Part shown: piece after piece, positions 37,957 through 47,879 of the stretch
Position numbering within the stretch: the first letter of the stretch is position 1
Layout of the letters: the number at the start of each line of letters is the position of its first letter
Virus record (IMG/VR): IMGVR_UViG_2858635475_000003
Location: 1,400-65,399 of that record
Reading direction: 5' to 3' (one strand)
Length of the DNA stretch: 64,000 nt
From: a virus
Notes under the pieces: generated by a model
Told to the model about the DNA's origin: nothing
The model's input: the letters and a program-made list of their open reading frames with translations, nothing else
Database searches by the model: none
Translations under genes and position numbers: made by a program

Positions 37957-39555
37957 ATGACGACAATCACCCTGCACCCCGGCGATAACATTCTTTCAAT
38001 GAGAGGGATGGCGGAAAACAGCGTGCATAGCGTGGTGACAGACCCGCCGTATATGCTCACAAGCATCGTCAAGCGCTTTGGAAAAGAAGGTTCTGCGCCA
38101 GCCAAGACTTCTGGTAATGACGGTTCTTTTGCACGCCTTTCGGCTGGTTTCATGAACAAACAGTGGGACTCTCCAAGAGTGGAATTGCCGCCATTGAGTT
38201 CTGACTTCGGTCATTACATGGCAGGCTTGATTGACGGGGAAGGATGTTTTCATGTGCATCGGAAACTGGTAAACAACTGTGAGACCTACGACTGCCAATT
38301 TTCAATAACCCTCCGCTCTGATGACAAAGACATTCTCGTGGAGATGCAGCGCCAACTCGGCGGCATAGGCTCCTTGGCTCATCGGCCAGCGCGTGACAAC
38401 GCCAATAGCCAAGCGCGCTTCTGCATTAGCTCGAAAGCACATTGTCAGGTTCTACGGGCGGCTCTAAGCGTATTTCCATTGCGCGCAAAAAAGGCTCGTG
38501 ACTTTGAGATTTGGTGTCATGCACTTGATGCATGGGTCAATCACGAACCGAAATCCTCATGGGAAGACGTGTCTTTCTATCGTGACCAATTGATGATGGT
38601 GAAGCGTTTCGGAAGCCTCTATAAGCCCGAATTCCTTTTCCACTATCGTTGGGCCAAAGAAGCTTTCAGAGTTCTAAAACCAGGCGGCTGCATATTCGCC
38701 TTCTCCGGATCTCGCACTGGCCACTGGCAGGCAGCCGCCATGGAACTTGCAGGTTTTATCATGCATCCTATGCACGGTTGGTGTTTTGGATCTGGAATGC
38801 CGAAGCCTACCAATTTAAAAGGCGTTCCCGGTTACGAGGGGTGGGGTTATGGCACGCAAACACAGAAGCCTGCTCTGGAACCCATATACCTCGGTCAGAA
38901 GCCTTTCAGCGAAAAGACAGGTCCACTTAATGTTTTGAAGCACGGCGTGGGCGGTTTCAATCTTGAGGATTGTTCTGTCCCAAGTGCCAAGGGTGACCCC
39001 CGCCGACCCGCCAATCTGATCCTCGACGGCTCGCCGGAAGTGGTTGCGATGTTCCCTGACTCCAAAGGGCAGCAAGGCGCTGTGCGCGGCGATGAGCCTA
39101 GCGGTGTCACGAAGGATATCTACGGCAAGTTCAATGGCCGCGTTCCAGCGCCAGTCCGTGGTGACAGCGGTTCCGCAGCACGGTTCTTCCACCAGTTCGG
39201 ACCTGACGCCGACCCGCTGATCTATCACGGTAAAGCCGGCAAAACGGATCGCGCTGGCGGCAATCATCCCACGGTCAAGCCGATCGCCCTCATGAAGTAT
39301 CTCATCCGGCACATCACGCCACCTGGCGGCATTGTGCTCGACCCGTTCGCCGGCAGCGGCACCACAGGCGAAGCGGCGAAGCGTGAGGGCATGGACTGCA
39401 TTCTCATGGAAGCCGAGCCCGAATACATCGAATTTCTGGAAAAGCGGTTCGACATCGCAAAACCGGAGTTCGATTTCGACGACATCCTCGGCGAAGCTTT
39501 GCCGATCAAATCAACAAATAGTGGAGATACGTTTCATGACATTCTCGGTGCTTGA
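37957..39555 (+). CDS. beta-class (CcrM-type, DPPY) N6-adenine/N4-cytosine DNA methyltransferase with embedded LAGLIDADG domain and double DxxDILG tail
   Basis: Motif IV VVTDPPYML near the N-terminus and motif I LDPFAGSGTT near the C-terminus (beta order). Between them lies YMAGLIDGEGCF (LAGLIDADG). The C-terminus reads DFDDILGEALPIKSTNSGDTFHDILGA*. Confidence 0.8.
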   Translation: MTTITLHPGDNILSMRGMAENSVHSVVTDPPYMLTSIVKRFGKEGSAPAKTSGNDGSFARLSAGFMNKQWDSPRVELPPLSSDFGHYMAGLIDGEGCFHVHRKLVNNCETYDCQFSITLRSDDKDILVEMQRQLGGIGSLAHRPARDNANSQARFCISSKAHCQVLRAALSVFPLRAKKARDFEIWCHALDAWVNHEPKSSWEDVSFYRDQLMMVKRFGSLYKPEFLFHYRWAKEAFRVLKPGGCIFAFSGSRTGHWQAAAMELAGFIMHPMHGWCFGSGMPKPTNLKGVPGYEGWGYGTQTQKPALEPIYLGQKPFSEKTGPLNVLKHGVGGFNLEDCSVPSAKGDPRRPANLILDGSPEVVAMFPDSKGQQGAVRGDEPSGVTKDIYGKFNGRVPAPVRGDSGSAARFFHQFGPDADPLIYHGKAGKTDRAGGNHPTVKPIALMKYLIRHITPPGGIVLDPFAGSGTTGEAAKREGMDCILMEAEPEYIEFLEKRFDIAKPEFDFDDILGEALPIKSTNSGDTFHDILGA

Positions 39556-39832
39556 AGACGACAATAAGCTGAACCACATCGCCACAGACCTGTCGGCCCA
39601 ACTGAAGGCGTTGACGGACGCCCTGGTGGCGCAAGGCAAGCACGTGACCATCCTCGTCACCGAACAGGACGACCGAGGTGAATTCGAGTATGCTGTAGTC
39701 AGCACGATCGATGATCACGAGGAACTGATGACGATGGTCGACGACGTTTCCAGTGACCTGCTCGCGCCATATGTAGAGGTGGACGAGGACGACCAGCCGG
39801 AACTCCCGTTTAAGACCGAGACTATCCAATGA
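39536..39832 (+). CDS. hypothetical acidic protein
   Basis: ATG preceded by a dyad motif that lies inside the 3' end of the MTase gene. Confidence 0.5.
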   Translation: MTFSVLEDDNKLNHIATDLSAQLKALTDALVAQGKHVTILVTEQDDRGEFEYAVVSTIDDHEELMTMVDDVSSDLLAPYVEVDEDDQPELPFKTETIQ

Positions 39833-40065
39833 GGAAGATCGAGGTCACGCCGTCTGTCGACTGGCCGGTGGGCCGGAAAATCGTTCTGCTCGACGCCTAT
39901 CTGCAGAACCCTGTCACCGTGAAAATCACGCGACACCCTAATGCCGATCACCTGATCTGCGAGGATGACCGCGGTGTGGTCTATTACGCTCGCACCGACC
40001 GAGTTGAAGGTTTTGTGAACGAGCCTTTCGATTCAATTGATGACTTCTCCGACATTCTCGGTTAA
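39829..40065 (+). CDS. hypothetical small protein ending DDFSDILG
   Basis: C-terminal tail motif. Confidence 0.5.
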   Translation: MRKIEVTPSVDWPVGRKIVLLDAYLQNPVTVKITRHPNADHLICEDDRGVVYYARTDRVEGFVNEPFDSIDDFSDILG

Positions 40066-40149
40066 GGAAAACGAAACTTTTGTTCTTGCTCTGTTCTCCA
40101 TTTTATGAATATAATCCTAATTAGCAATTACGCAAAAAGGAGTGAGTGC

Positions 40150-40416
40150 ATGTATCGAGTAAAAATGACGCAAGCCCTTGATTTCGTGAAGGTTCGAAAC
40201 GGGGAGATCGACTATTGGCATGGGGATTGCGCCAAGACGGAATGGGGAGAAGGATGTGCTGAGGGCCGCAGGCGCGCAAGCGACCTTGTCGGTTTCATGC
40301 AGAACCAGAATGACCCTTCCCTCATGAATCGCGTCGGTAAGGCCATTGTCGGTTCCGGAAAATACGGAGCAGTCGAAACAGGGTTTTTTCAGGAGATCGG
40401 GAACAACCTGATCTAG
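40150..40416 (+). CDS. hypothetical protein in AT-rich convergent junction (moron candidate)
   Basis: AAAAAGGAG SD; low-GC leader; last plus-strand gene before the late module. Confidence 0.4.
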   Translation: MYRVKMTQALDFVKVRNGEIDYWHGDCAKTEWGEGCAEGRRRASDLVGFMQNQNDPSLMNRVGKAIVGSGKYGAVETGFFQEIGNNLI

Positions 40417-40432
40417 CCAGCGTCGGCCGGCG

Positions 40433-40942
40433 TCACAGTCCCGATAGCGATAGCGTGATCATGACGCCGGCAGCAAACGATCCGAGTCCCACGGACGTAA
40501 GAAGCCAGAAAATGTTACCTTTCGGGACGATCCCGCGCTCCGTGCCTGGGGCAAGAACAACGAGAGATCCTGCGATCATAAGGCACCAGACGACAAACGC
40601 TGTTACCGGCGAGTCGACAGCCCACGTCGGACGAATGACCTTGACGCCGTCATAGGTGGAACTCCACCGGATGATGTTCGTCCACAGCCGCCAAAACGCC
40701 GTGCAGGCACCAATTCCAAAGATCGCCACAGACAGAAAGTTCGGGCCCGCCTGCCCGCCGTCCTTGATGGCATCGTATGCCGGTACTGTCCACCGAACCA
40801 TAATGGCGAAGAAGACCCCAAGCATGAGGTTTGAGGCGATTTCGAGCATTATCGCCGGCCCGAACAGCGGCAGGATGATCCAGAAGCTCAAGACGCCGAT
40901 CAGAGCGACCATGGCCGCGGTATTGTTGGTGATGCGCTTCAC
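40433..40942 (-). CDS. 4-TM membrane protein (holin-like candidate)
   Basis: Four hydrophobic helices; terminal gene of the late operon. Confidence 0.45.
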   Translation of the reverse strand: MKRITNNTAAMVALIGVLSFWIILPLFGPAIMLEIASNLMLGVFFAIMVRWTVPAYDAIKDGGQAGPNFLSVAIFGIGACTAFWRLWTNIIRWSSTYDGVKVIRPTWAVDSPVTAFVVWCLMIAGSLVVLAPGTERGIVPKGNIFWLLTSVGLGSFAAGVMITLSLSGL

Positions 40943-41190
40943 GAGCGGCCTCCATTGAAGTTTTTGAGTGTGAGTTCGGCCAGGGTCGTGTTGAGGTGTG
41001 CAGCCTTGCGTTCCATGTTCAGGATCGCCTGGATGAAGTTGGTTTGCTCGCGCTTGCTTTCCGCCGCTAGGGATTTGTTGGGAAGCTCGGCTGCCGGCAC
41101 CTCGCTCACGATCACAACGTCCCGCGTCCTCGGCCGGCTGCGCGGTTTAGGGGCAGATTTCCTCTTGAACCAGTCACACAGTGCCATCAT
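40939..41190 (-). CDS. hypothetical protein
   Basis: 83 aa coupled ORF. Confidence 0.4.
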   Translation of the reverse strand: MMALCDWFKRKSAPKPRSRPRTRDVVIVSEVPAAELPNKSLAAESKREQTNFIQAILNMERKAAHLNTTLAELTLKNFNGGRS

Positions 41191-41543
41191 TTGAGGTTCC
41201 TCTGCACGATCGCCAGCGTGGTGTTCACAGCGTCGGTCGCGTTCTGGATGGTTACGGTGACCTTCTGGATCGCCTCCATGGCGCTCCGCGTTTCCAGAAG
41301 GCGGGTTTCCTGCAGTTCGGCATTCAGCTTGCGTTCTGCGGCAATCTCGATGGCGTGGCGCGTGCGCTCTGCGACCATATCCTCATCGAACTCGTCTCGT
41401 TGCGCCTCAATCTTGGTCTGAAGCTCCGACACCTTCCGCCAAAGCATGATTGCCGAGCCGACCAGGAACAGAACAAGCACGATCGTGGCGACGTGCACCC
41501 CCTGTTTGTCGGCCAGGTCAATAAGCTTGTCGGCGCTTTCCAT
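41187..41543 (-). CDS. N-terminal TM + coiled-coil protein (spanin/holin-like candidate)
   Basis: VATIVLVLFLVGSAIMLW then a long coiled coil. Confidence 0.45.
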   Translation of the reverse strand: MESADKLIDLADKQGVHVATIVLVLFLVGSAIMLWRKVSELQTKIEAQRDEFDEDMVAERTRHAIEIAAERKLNAELQETRLLETRSAMEAIQKVTVTIQNATDAVNTTLAIVQRNLK

Positions 41544-41573
41544 CCAAAAATCCCCAATTAGTTGATTTTGACG

Positions 41574-43268
41574 TCAAACAACGTTGTTGGGAGATACGAC
41601 CAGTGACGTGGAGCCAACCGAAATCCCGCCCGCTTGCGCATAGTTGCTACAAACGTTGTTGGAGATGATCCCCCGGCCGATGCTTCCGGACTCGCGGATA
41701 GCCCAACCCACGTTGAACGCTGCGCCGCCGATAGTGTTTCCTGACACAACGAAGTCGCCGCAACCAGTAAGATCGATGCCGTGCGAACCGGAATTGTTCT
41801 TATTTACATCGCGGACAACATTGTTATCGACATGAAGGTCTCTGACACCATTGAATATGGTGCCGAAATTCCCGCAGGAATAAACCTCCACCCCTTGCAG
41901 ACGAACGTCGTTGGCAGCAGTTTGCCAATTGATGCCGTGGGATTTCAGAAGCTTGATGGCCCCACCCTTGAACTCAATGCCACGCACTGTACGACCGGTC
42001 GCGCCGCCCGCTTGAATACCGATGTTCCCACCAAACGAACCATCGAAATACGTATTGAGAAAGTGCACGTTCTGAATGTTGTGCCCCGGCGTTGCCACCG
42101 GAGTAATGGAAAGCTGCGTATTGTCGGCAAAACCGATATGACCGCCGTTGAACCATACGCCGTCGACCCCTTCGATCAAGACAGCGTTATCAAGCATATA
42201 GTTGTTGCCTGCGTAAGACGCGCCTTTGATGTTGAAGTCGCTGAAGAAGATTTCAGAGAGTTCCTGGGGGGAGCCGTTGTGCGAAGACGACCGGAGCTTC
42301 AACAGGAAGCTACCGACCTTCTTGGATGTCCAACTATATCCCCCACCCAAAAACAGGCCGGGAAACTGGTGACCAAACCCACCCTCGATGTCGAGTGCCG
42401 CGAAGGCATGTACTGCGGCAACTTTGTCGAACACCGGATTGACGAGTTTCTGCAGGAAAAACGCCCGACCTGATGTCGGACCACCTGGACCGAAGTCATG
42501 CTCGATACCGATCCTCGATACGGACACATCGTAGAGGAATTCGGTCGCGGGATTGTTAGGCTTGAAAACCAGTGTATCGCGGTTGCCCTGCTGAGCAAAG
42601 ACCGTTGCGGTGCGGTTAGCACCCTTAATCGTTGAGCCGTTCTTTGTGAACGTCAGGGTGTCATTAAGGAGATAGCGACCGTTCTCAATGGTGATCTCTC
42701 TTTTTTCGCCCGCGTTCATCCATTCTTCCATGTCCTTCAGCTTGAGGGTGTCATCGGTTGAACTGTCACCTTTGGCACCAAAACTGTTCTTCAGGCTGAG
42801 TTGGGAAGCGAATATGGTCCTGAGGACGGCCGGCATTTTCCACCCCGGCACAGCATGGGCAATGTCGGCAATATAATCGCCTGCACCGCCACCCAGGTTC
42901 GCCAGTTTGTCCAGAGTGACGCTACCGGTTGCGGGGAAACCCGTCGACGCAGCTTCAGCGTAGTCTTGCGCCTGATCGCGTGCGGCTTCGGAAGCGTTTT
43001 TGGCAAGGACAGATTCGTCACGGGCAAGCTCGGAGCCTTCTTTCGCATCTACGGCGGCATCGCGGGCGGCCTCGCTTTGAGAAAGAATGTTGCCGGCCGC
43101 GACATTTATTTCGGTATCTTTGTCTTTCAGAAACTTCCGGATAGTTGGAACATTCTGACCGCCGCTCGTGACAAATGTCTGCGTGTCTGAGCCGTTAACA
43201 AAACGGTCAGTGCGATCTTCGTTCTGCTTGAAGCGATCGATGCCTTGCGCAAGAGGTAGTTCGGCCAT
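41574..43268 (-). CDS. tail fibre/tailspike with right-handed beta-helix (pectate-lyase-like) repeats
   Basis: Repetitive N/G-rich beta-helix rungs (NNVVRDVNKNNSGSHGIDLTGCGDFVVSGNTIGG...); N-terminal coiled-coil anchor. Confidence 0.6.
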   Translation of the reverse strand: MAELPLAQGIDRFKQNEDRTDRFVNGSDTQTFVTSGGQNVPTIRKFLKDKDTEINVAAGNILSQSEAARDAAVDAKEGSELARDESVLAKNASEAARDQAQDYAEAASTGFPATGSVTLDKLANLGGGAGDYIADIAHAVPGWKMPAVLRTIFASQLSLKNSFGAKGDSSTDDTLKLKDMEEWMNAGEKREITIENGRYLLNDTLTFTKNGSTIKGANRTATVFAQQGNRDTLVFKPNNPATEFLYDVSVSRIGIEHDFGPGGPTSGRAFFLQKLVNPVFDKVAAVHAFAALDIEGGFGHQFPGLFLGGGYSWTSKKVGSFLLKLRSSSHNGSPQELSEIFFSDFNIKGASYAGNNYMLDNAVLIEGVDGVWFNGGHIGFADNTQLSITPVATPGHNIQNVHFLNTYFDGSFGGNIGIQAGGATGRTVRGIEFKGGAIKLLKSHGINWQTAANDVRLQGVEVYSCGNFGTIFNGVRDLHVDNNVVRDVNKNNSGSHGIDLTGCGDFVVSGNTIGGAAFNVGWAIRESGSIGRGIISNNVCSNYAQAGGISVGSTSLVVSPNNVV

Positions 43269-43280
43269 GGACGCAAACCT

Positions 43281-44201
43281 TTATGGGTAGGTGATGACCT
43301 GGCCGTAATCGGCGTCAGGCATGAAAGTGTTGATGATCTCGTCAAGGCGATCTTCCCAATACGGGAATTCTTCGAGGGTCATCTGACCTCGATCGATGAT
43401 TGCTCGTTCATCGTCAGTGAGCAGCGGGCCAGCCAAACGCTTGACGTACACGAAGTTGGTAAGAGCATTCAGCTTGCGAATATCCAGGTCGAACGAGAGT
43501 TCCTGCCAGCCGTCGCCTTTGAGATCGACTTGAGAGGCTGGCTTCAGACGGACATACGGAAAGAAGTAGCTGACCACCGGCCCGACCGGATTTTTGGAAA
43601 TGTAGCGGAGCGCACCAACAACTTCCTTGGCACTGTCCACGACATCCACAGTGGCGGACTGGCGCCACTGGAATGTGACCGAAAGGTCGTCACCATCAGC
43701 AATCGTCTCCGACTCGTCCATGACGTAGAACCGACCTTCAGTGCGATCCACGATCAGGTTGCTTTCGACATCAAAGGGATTACCGTTACGCAGAAAGGCA
43801 ATGTCTGGCTCAACGTGTCGGATACCAAACGGCTCAACCGTGGTGCCTAGTTGATACCAGCGACCCTTTTTGACTTTGATGACCTCGGTGATGTCGCCGA
43901 TCGCAATCTGTCCGGTTTTGTCCGGTTCTGAGCCGAACCAGAGTGCAATATTGTCCATCGACATGTTGTCGGTGGTTATGTCCGCGCTATGCACCTCGCG
44001 AGTGACCAGACTGTCGATTTGGATCTGCTGACCGCCGTATGACGTGAAGCGTTCAACTTCCTCAACCGTTCTCGATATAGTGAAACCGGGGGTGTTGCCG
44101 AGATAGAGTTCCCCTTCCCCCTTCAACGTGCCCGCAGCGAAACGATCGAAGTAAAGCTCACCTCGACCAATCACCAGCGTTGCATTCGACGTGGTTGTCA
44201 C
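43281..44201 (-). CDS. paralogue of the major tail (tube-like) protein
   Basis: N-terminus LVIGRGELYFDRFAAGTLKGEGELYLGNTPGF aligns with the 56101..56892 product (TLGRGELHFSRFKPGTQIGEGYRYLGNSPEF). C-terminal KGDGWQE block also shared. Confidence 0.55.
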   Translation of the reverse strand: MTTTSNATLVIGRGELYFDRFAAGTLKGEGELYLGNTPGFTISRTVEEVERFTSYGGQQIQIDSLVTREVHSADITTDNMSMDNIALWFGSEPDKTGQIAIGDITEVIKVKKGRWYQLGTTVEPFGIRHVEPDIAFLRNGNPFDVESNLIVDRTEGRFYVMDESETIADGDDLSVTFQWRQSATVDVVDSAKEVVGALRYISKNPVGPVVSYFFPYVRLKPASQVDLKGDGWQELSFDLDIRKLNALTNFVYVKRLAGPLLTDDERAIIDRGQMTLEEFPYWEDRLDEIINTFMPDADYGQVITYP

Positions 44202-45421
44202 AGGGCCCGACCCTCACGGTAAGCCTCGACATACTTGTGAACGGCTCGGCGGCCGAAATAGAAAACGCCTGCGCCGGCAGCGGCCATCAGGAGCCACGGC
44301 AAGAACGGCTGGATCGTTTCGAAGATTGTTCGGACCTGCGTGACACCGTTGGAGATGTCTTCGAGACTGGCAGTACCATCTGTCACGCCGCCGAACAGGG
44401 CGCCGCCGAAAATGGTCATACCGATCTTCTTGAGCCACGAGGCTTCCTTGACGACCGGTTCTGCCTTCAGGTCTTTTTCGGTGGCGTTCTGGCGCGCTGG
44501 CGCCATCTCGCGCTTGGGTGCCTTCACCAATTGCGCAAGAAGCTCATCGGTGATCTCACCGGTCAGCGGCAGATTATTGTCGGCTTGGAACGCCAAGATG
44601 GCGTTGCGCGTGCGCCGTTCGTACTTGTTGTCGGACTCACCAACTTCGGGGTATCCTTTGTCCCACAGAAGATCCTGAACGCGCTCGATCAATTTGGTGT
44701 CTTGCGCGACCGGCTTGGGTTCAGGGACCGGCACATTAACAGGAACGGCAACAGCGTTGTTGGTTTCCGGCGACCAGGGGGTATCCTTGATAGAGCGCCA
44801 CTTGTTATGGGCCGCTGCCATCTTGATGTGATACCGATTTTTCTTGTAACCAGGGCCATTGTAGACACTGACGATCTTTTCGCAGTCCGCTGCAGTCGTC
44901 TTGCGTTTCAATGCAGCGAGCTTGCGGAGTTCGCCATCAATTTTCGCTGAAACCAGAAAATCCACCATAGCCTCAAGGTGGACTGCCTCATCTTCCATGA
45001 AGGCTCGAACCATACCTTGGACGGTTGAGAAACCAACCATTTCGTGGTTCTCGCCGAGGATTTGCCCTAATCCCCAAGAGGTTGATTTTAGCGCCGCAGT
45101 TTCGTTGATCGCCATCGCCTTTTTCAGGCGCGGGTAACTGTCAGCCGGGTAAGGTTTCTCGCCCCATTTTGCATAAGCAAGCCCCTGCTTGACAGCATCA
45201 TCTCGCTGCTTTCCTGTCAGGTTTCTGTAGAATACGTGGGGCTCGAAAAGGATCTTGGGACGCTTTTGCGCGTCGAAACCCGAGCCGCTTGTCTCGACAT
45301 CCATAAATGCGTGAAGTTCGTCCTCACCAACCCTGATCTTGTGGGCGATGCGCGGAATATCGATATCGGTTATGCGCTTGGCTGCGCCTTTGAAGTTGTT
45401 CCAAGCGGACGAGGTGGCCAC
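44198..45421 (-). CDS. peptidoglycan hydrolase (DUF3380-type muramidase-like) with PG-binding domain and C-terminal TM
   Basis: N-terminal muramidase-like domain; PG_binding_1-like block (RNAILAFQADNNLPLTGEITDELLAQL); C-terminal hydrophobic helix. GTG start with an AGGAG SD. Confidence 0.6.
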   Translation of the reverse strand: MATSSAWNNFKGAAKRITDIDIPRIAHKIRVGEDELHAFMDVETSGSGFDAQKRPKILFEPHVFYRNLTGKQRDDAVKQGLAYAKWGEKPYPADSYPRLKKAMAINETAALKSTSWGLGQILGENHEMVGFSTVQGMVRAFMEDEAVHLEAMVDFLVSAKIDGELRKLAALKRKTTAADCEKIVSVYNGPGYKKNRYHIKMAAAHNKWRSIKDTPWSPETNNAVAVPVNVPVPEPKPVAQDTKLIERVQDLLWDKGYPEVGESDNKYERRTRNAILAFQADNNLPLTGEITDELLAQLVKAPKREMAPARQNATEKDLKAEPVVKEASWLKKIGMTIFGGALFGGVTDGTASLEDISNGVTQVRTIFETIQPFLPWLLMAAAGAGVFYFGRRAVHKYVEAYREGRAL

Positions 45422-45474
45422 GGCAAACTCCTATGGTTTGCACATCAATACCACAATTTGTTGATTAATCCACT

Positions 45475-47682
45475 TCAAAGTGTGCGCGACATTGGGAACC
45501 GATACTTTTGGAATGATGTCAAGCCGCCTCGAACTGCTTCAAGTTCGACAAACATGGAACCGGTAAGGGTATTGTCCGACGAGGTGAATGTGCGGAAGTT
45601 CGTAGTGATGCCGGCGATCGTTCGGATCAAAGCGTTGCTCGAACTGTAGAATCTCAGGGTGTAGGTCGTATCCGGTTCAGGGCCTACGCTCGCATCCCAA
45701 TGGCTCACAATCTGGTCCGACTGCATCTTGCGGTCACGATGCGCCCAATCAATCCGAAAACTTGATCCGGCCGCAACATTGTTGAAAGCCGGCGTCGAGT
45801 TGACCGTGACCCCGCCAGGAACGTATGGACGCCCCTGCCGCCCGACAATCGAGAGGGTGTCCGTTGGCGCGAGAGTCGGATCGAGGGTTGCCGACGAGCT
45901 ATTCGATAGCAACTTCGCTTCCACCACATCGCTCGACACGTATTCACGAGAATCGGTTCCGACATACTCGCCGAGGAAGATGATCTGAGCATTGTCAGAG
46001 TGCGGTGCTGGCACCGTATCAACACAGCCCCGCTTCACCGTGAATGTTCCCGCGATCCCCGTTCCATCGAGCGCGATATCCACGACTTGGAGGATTTCCG
46101 TGTCGATCTGCAGCAAGCTACCGGCTACCATCAAGCCCACATCAACACCGCCGTCAAAGGGAACCGTGGTGTCGTAGTAACCGATCGCCCCGTTGCATAA
46201 GGCACCTGGAGCAAACGCCTCGCTTCCTCTGATCGTGAAATCCTCGGCACCGACGCGGGTTGAGATCGAATAATTCAACAGCATCTGTGCCGGTCGAACG
46301 GCGGCTGTCACCAGAGCGGATGAGTTTACGTCAAGGATTGCGAGATCGGCCGGCGTCAACTGTCCAATCAGTTCTTGGTAAGTTGCCTCCCTGACGATAC
46401 GAACCGGGACAACTTGCGGAGTGGAAATCGGCGGAACCCAAGCTGGATTTTCCGGTGAGACGAAAGCAGTTGACGAAAGGCCAAACACATCCAGCGCCGC
46501 CTCAACGGTAATCGTTCCATCCTTCAAGGTGCCATCGTTGATCTTCCCGGCACGTAGCACAAGGTTCTGGATGCCCATGTCCGGATCGGAGATGCGAAAG
46601 ACCTTGCCGGGGTGAATGCGCCATGCTCGCCGGTCCAACTTCACCGTATAGCGGTTCGTGCTTGCAGAAAGGGTTCTCAGGTCCCGTTGCGCGACACGAG
46701 CCGCGAGAGACAGGATTGGAATTCCATCGTAAGTGTTGGTCTTGGAACTCGTGCCTTCATTCGATTGAATGGCTGCCAGATTTTGGGCACGCACCTCTTT
46801 CGAACCGTTGAGAATTACGTCTTTGTATCTGATAATAACCTCGCTTATGGCGTCGGCCTGCGTTGCAGCTTCCGACTGGTCGACTGACAACAAACCCGTG
46901 TTGCGGTCAAACAGGGGAATCTCGTCGACATCATAGTCATCGCGGATCAGGTCTAGGTCCAGAAGGCCGGTCTCACGATTCACGTAAAGCGTTCCGCCAA
47001 TGTGGTCCAACACCTCTTGAATAAAGCTTTCGAGAGAATCCTGGCGGGACCAGCGCATGCAGAGCCCGAAACCCTCATTGAAAAGCGTTGTGGCTGTCTT
47101 GAACCATGTCGCATCACCGATGCGCGATCTGTCGTATCCGCGTCCCCACTCTCTATTGGTCACGCATTCGTACAAGATATGCGCGGCGTTCATGGCGCGA
47201 ATCTGGCCACCTGCGAGCCAAATGGTTGCTAGTTCCGGATGCCAGACAGGACCGTCCCATCCCGCCGTGGTTCGTCGCAAGCGAAAAGACCACTTCTTGG
47301 GGTAAGGGTTCAGCGCGCATATCATGCCGTCAAAGACAACGGTTGCTACGCCGCGAAAATCCGGAACGTCGCCACCGAGAAGCCCTTTGAACCAACTTGG
47401 ATAAAACTGCGAGGCACTACCCATCAGTGCGGTCAGCGAGCCTTGGATACCGCCTTCCGCCTTCTCCCCGCCGAACAAATCTGGCGCGTTAATTGAGGTG
47501 ACCCTGTCCCCTGTTATGGTTGAATCGTAATTGCCCTGCCCCTCCCGATAGGGCCAGGCGGATTTATCCCCCACCTTTATCTGCACGATCTCGTCTACCG
47601 GACCGCGGCAAAGCCCGTATTGGACTGTCATGAAATATCGATAGCCAATGGTTTGGCTTTTACCTTTACCGCCCACGCTCAA
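45475..47682 (-). CDS. host-specificity/central tail fibre protein (GTA g15 / Phage-tail_3-like)
   Basis: Size, position after the distal-tail genes and N-terminal conserved block typical of gpJ/g15-like proteins. Confidence 0.65.
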   Translation of the reverse strand: MSVGGKGKSQTIGYRYFMTVQYGLCRGPVDEIVQIKVGDKSAWPYREGQGNYDSTITGDRVTSINAPDLFGGEKAEGGIQGSLTALMGSASQFYPSWFKGLLGGDVPDFRGVATVVFDGMICALNPYPKKWSFRLRRTTAGWDGPVWHPELATIWLAGGQIRAMNAAHILYECVTNREWGRGYDRSRIGDATWFKTATTLFNEGFGLCMRWSRQDSLESFIQEVLDHIGGTLYVNRETGLLDLDLIRDDYDVDEIPLFDRNTGLLSVDQSEAATQADAISEVIIRYKDVILNGSKEVRAQNLAAIQSNEGTSSKTNTYDGIPILSLAARVAQRDLRTLSASTNRYTVKLDRRAWRIHPGKVFRISDPDMGIQNLVLRAGKINDGTLKDGTITVEAALDVFGLSSTAFVSPENPAWVPPISTPQVVPVRIVREATYQELIGQLTPADLAILDVNSSALVTAAVRPAQMLLNYSISTRVGAEDFTIRGSEAFAPGALCNGAIGYYDTTVPFDGGVDVGLMVAGSLLQIDTEILQVVDIALDGTGIAGTFTVKRGCVDTVPAPHSDNAQIIFLGEYVGTDSREYVSSDVVEAKLLSNSSSATLDPTLAPTDTLSIVGRQGRPYVPGGVTVNSTPAFNNVAAGSSFRIDWAHRDRKMQSDQIVSHWDASVGPEPDTTYTLRFYSSSNALIRTIAGITTNFRTFTSSDNTLTGSMFVELEAVRGGLTSFQKYRFPMSRTL

Positions 47683-47878
47683 ACTCCTTCCGAGCCTGTG
47701 CCGTGACCCTCAGTGCAAGGGGATCGCCCGTGGCTTCCATTTTCTCGATGGGAATTCCGTTGGCGATGAAATCGGACCAGTCGAAACCATGTCGAGAGAA
47801 CCATTCTCTTGTCCCGCCCGCACAAAGATTGGCTGCTCTGATGTGACGCATGAAAACGGTGATGGATTGGTTCGCCAT
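47666..47878 (-). CDS. hypothetical small tail-module protein
   Basis: 70 aa coupled ORF. Confidence 0.4.
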   Translation of the reverse strand: MANQSITVFMRHIRAANLCAGGTREWFSRHGFDWSDFIANGIPIEKMEATGDPLALRVTAQARKEFERGR

Positions 47879-47879
47879 G

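Noticed and set aside
37957-39555. LAGLIDADG region as a bona fide intein
   Set aside because: No clear N-terminal Cys/Ser splice junction or C-terminal His-Asn-Cys/Ser/Thr junction could be identified by eye. It is reported as a domain insertion only.
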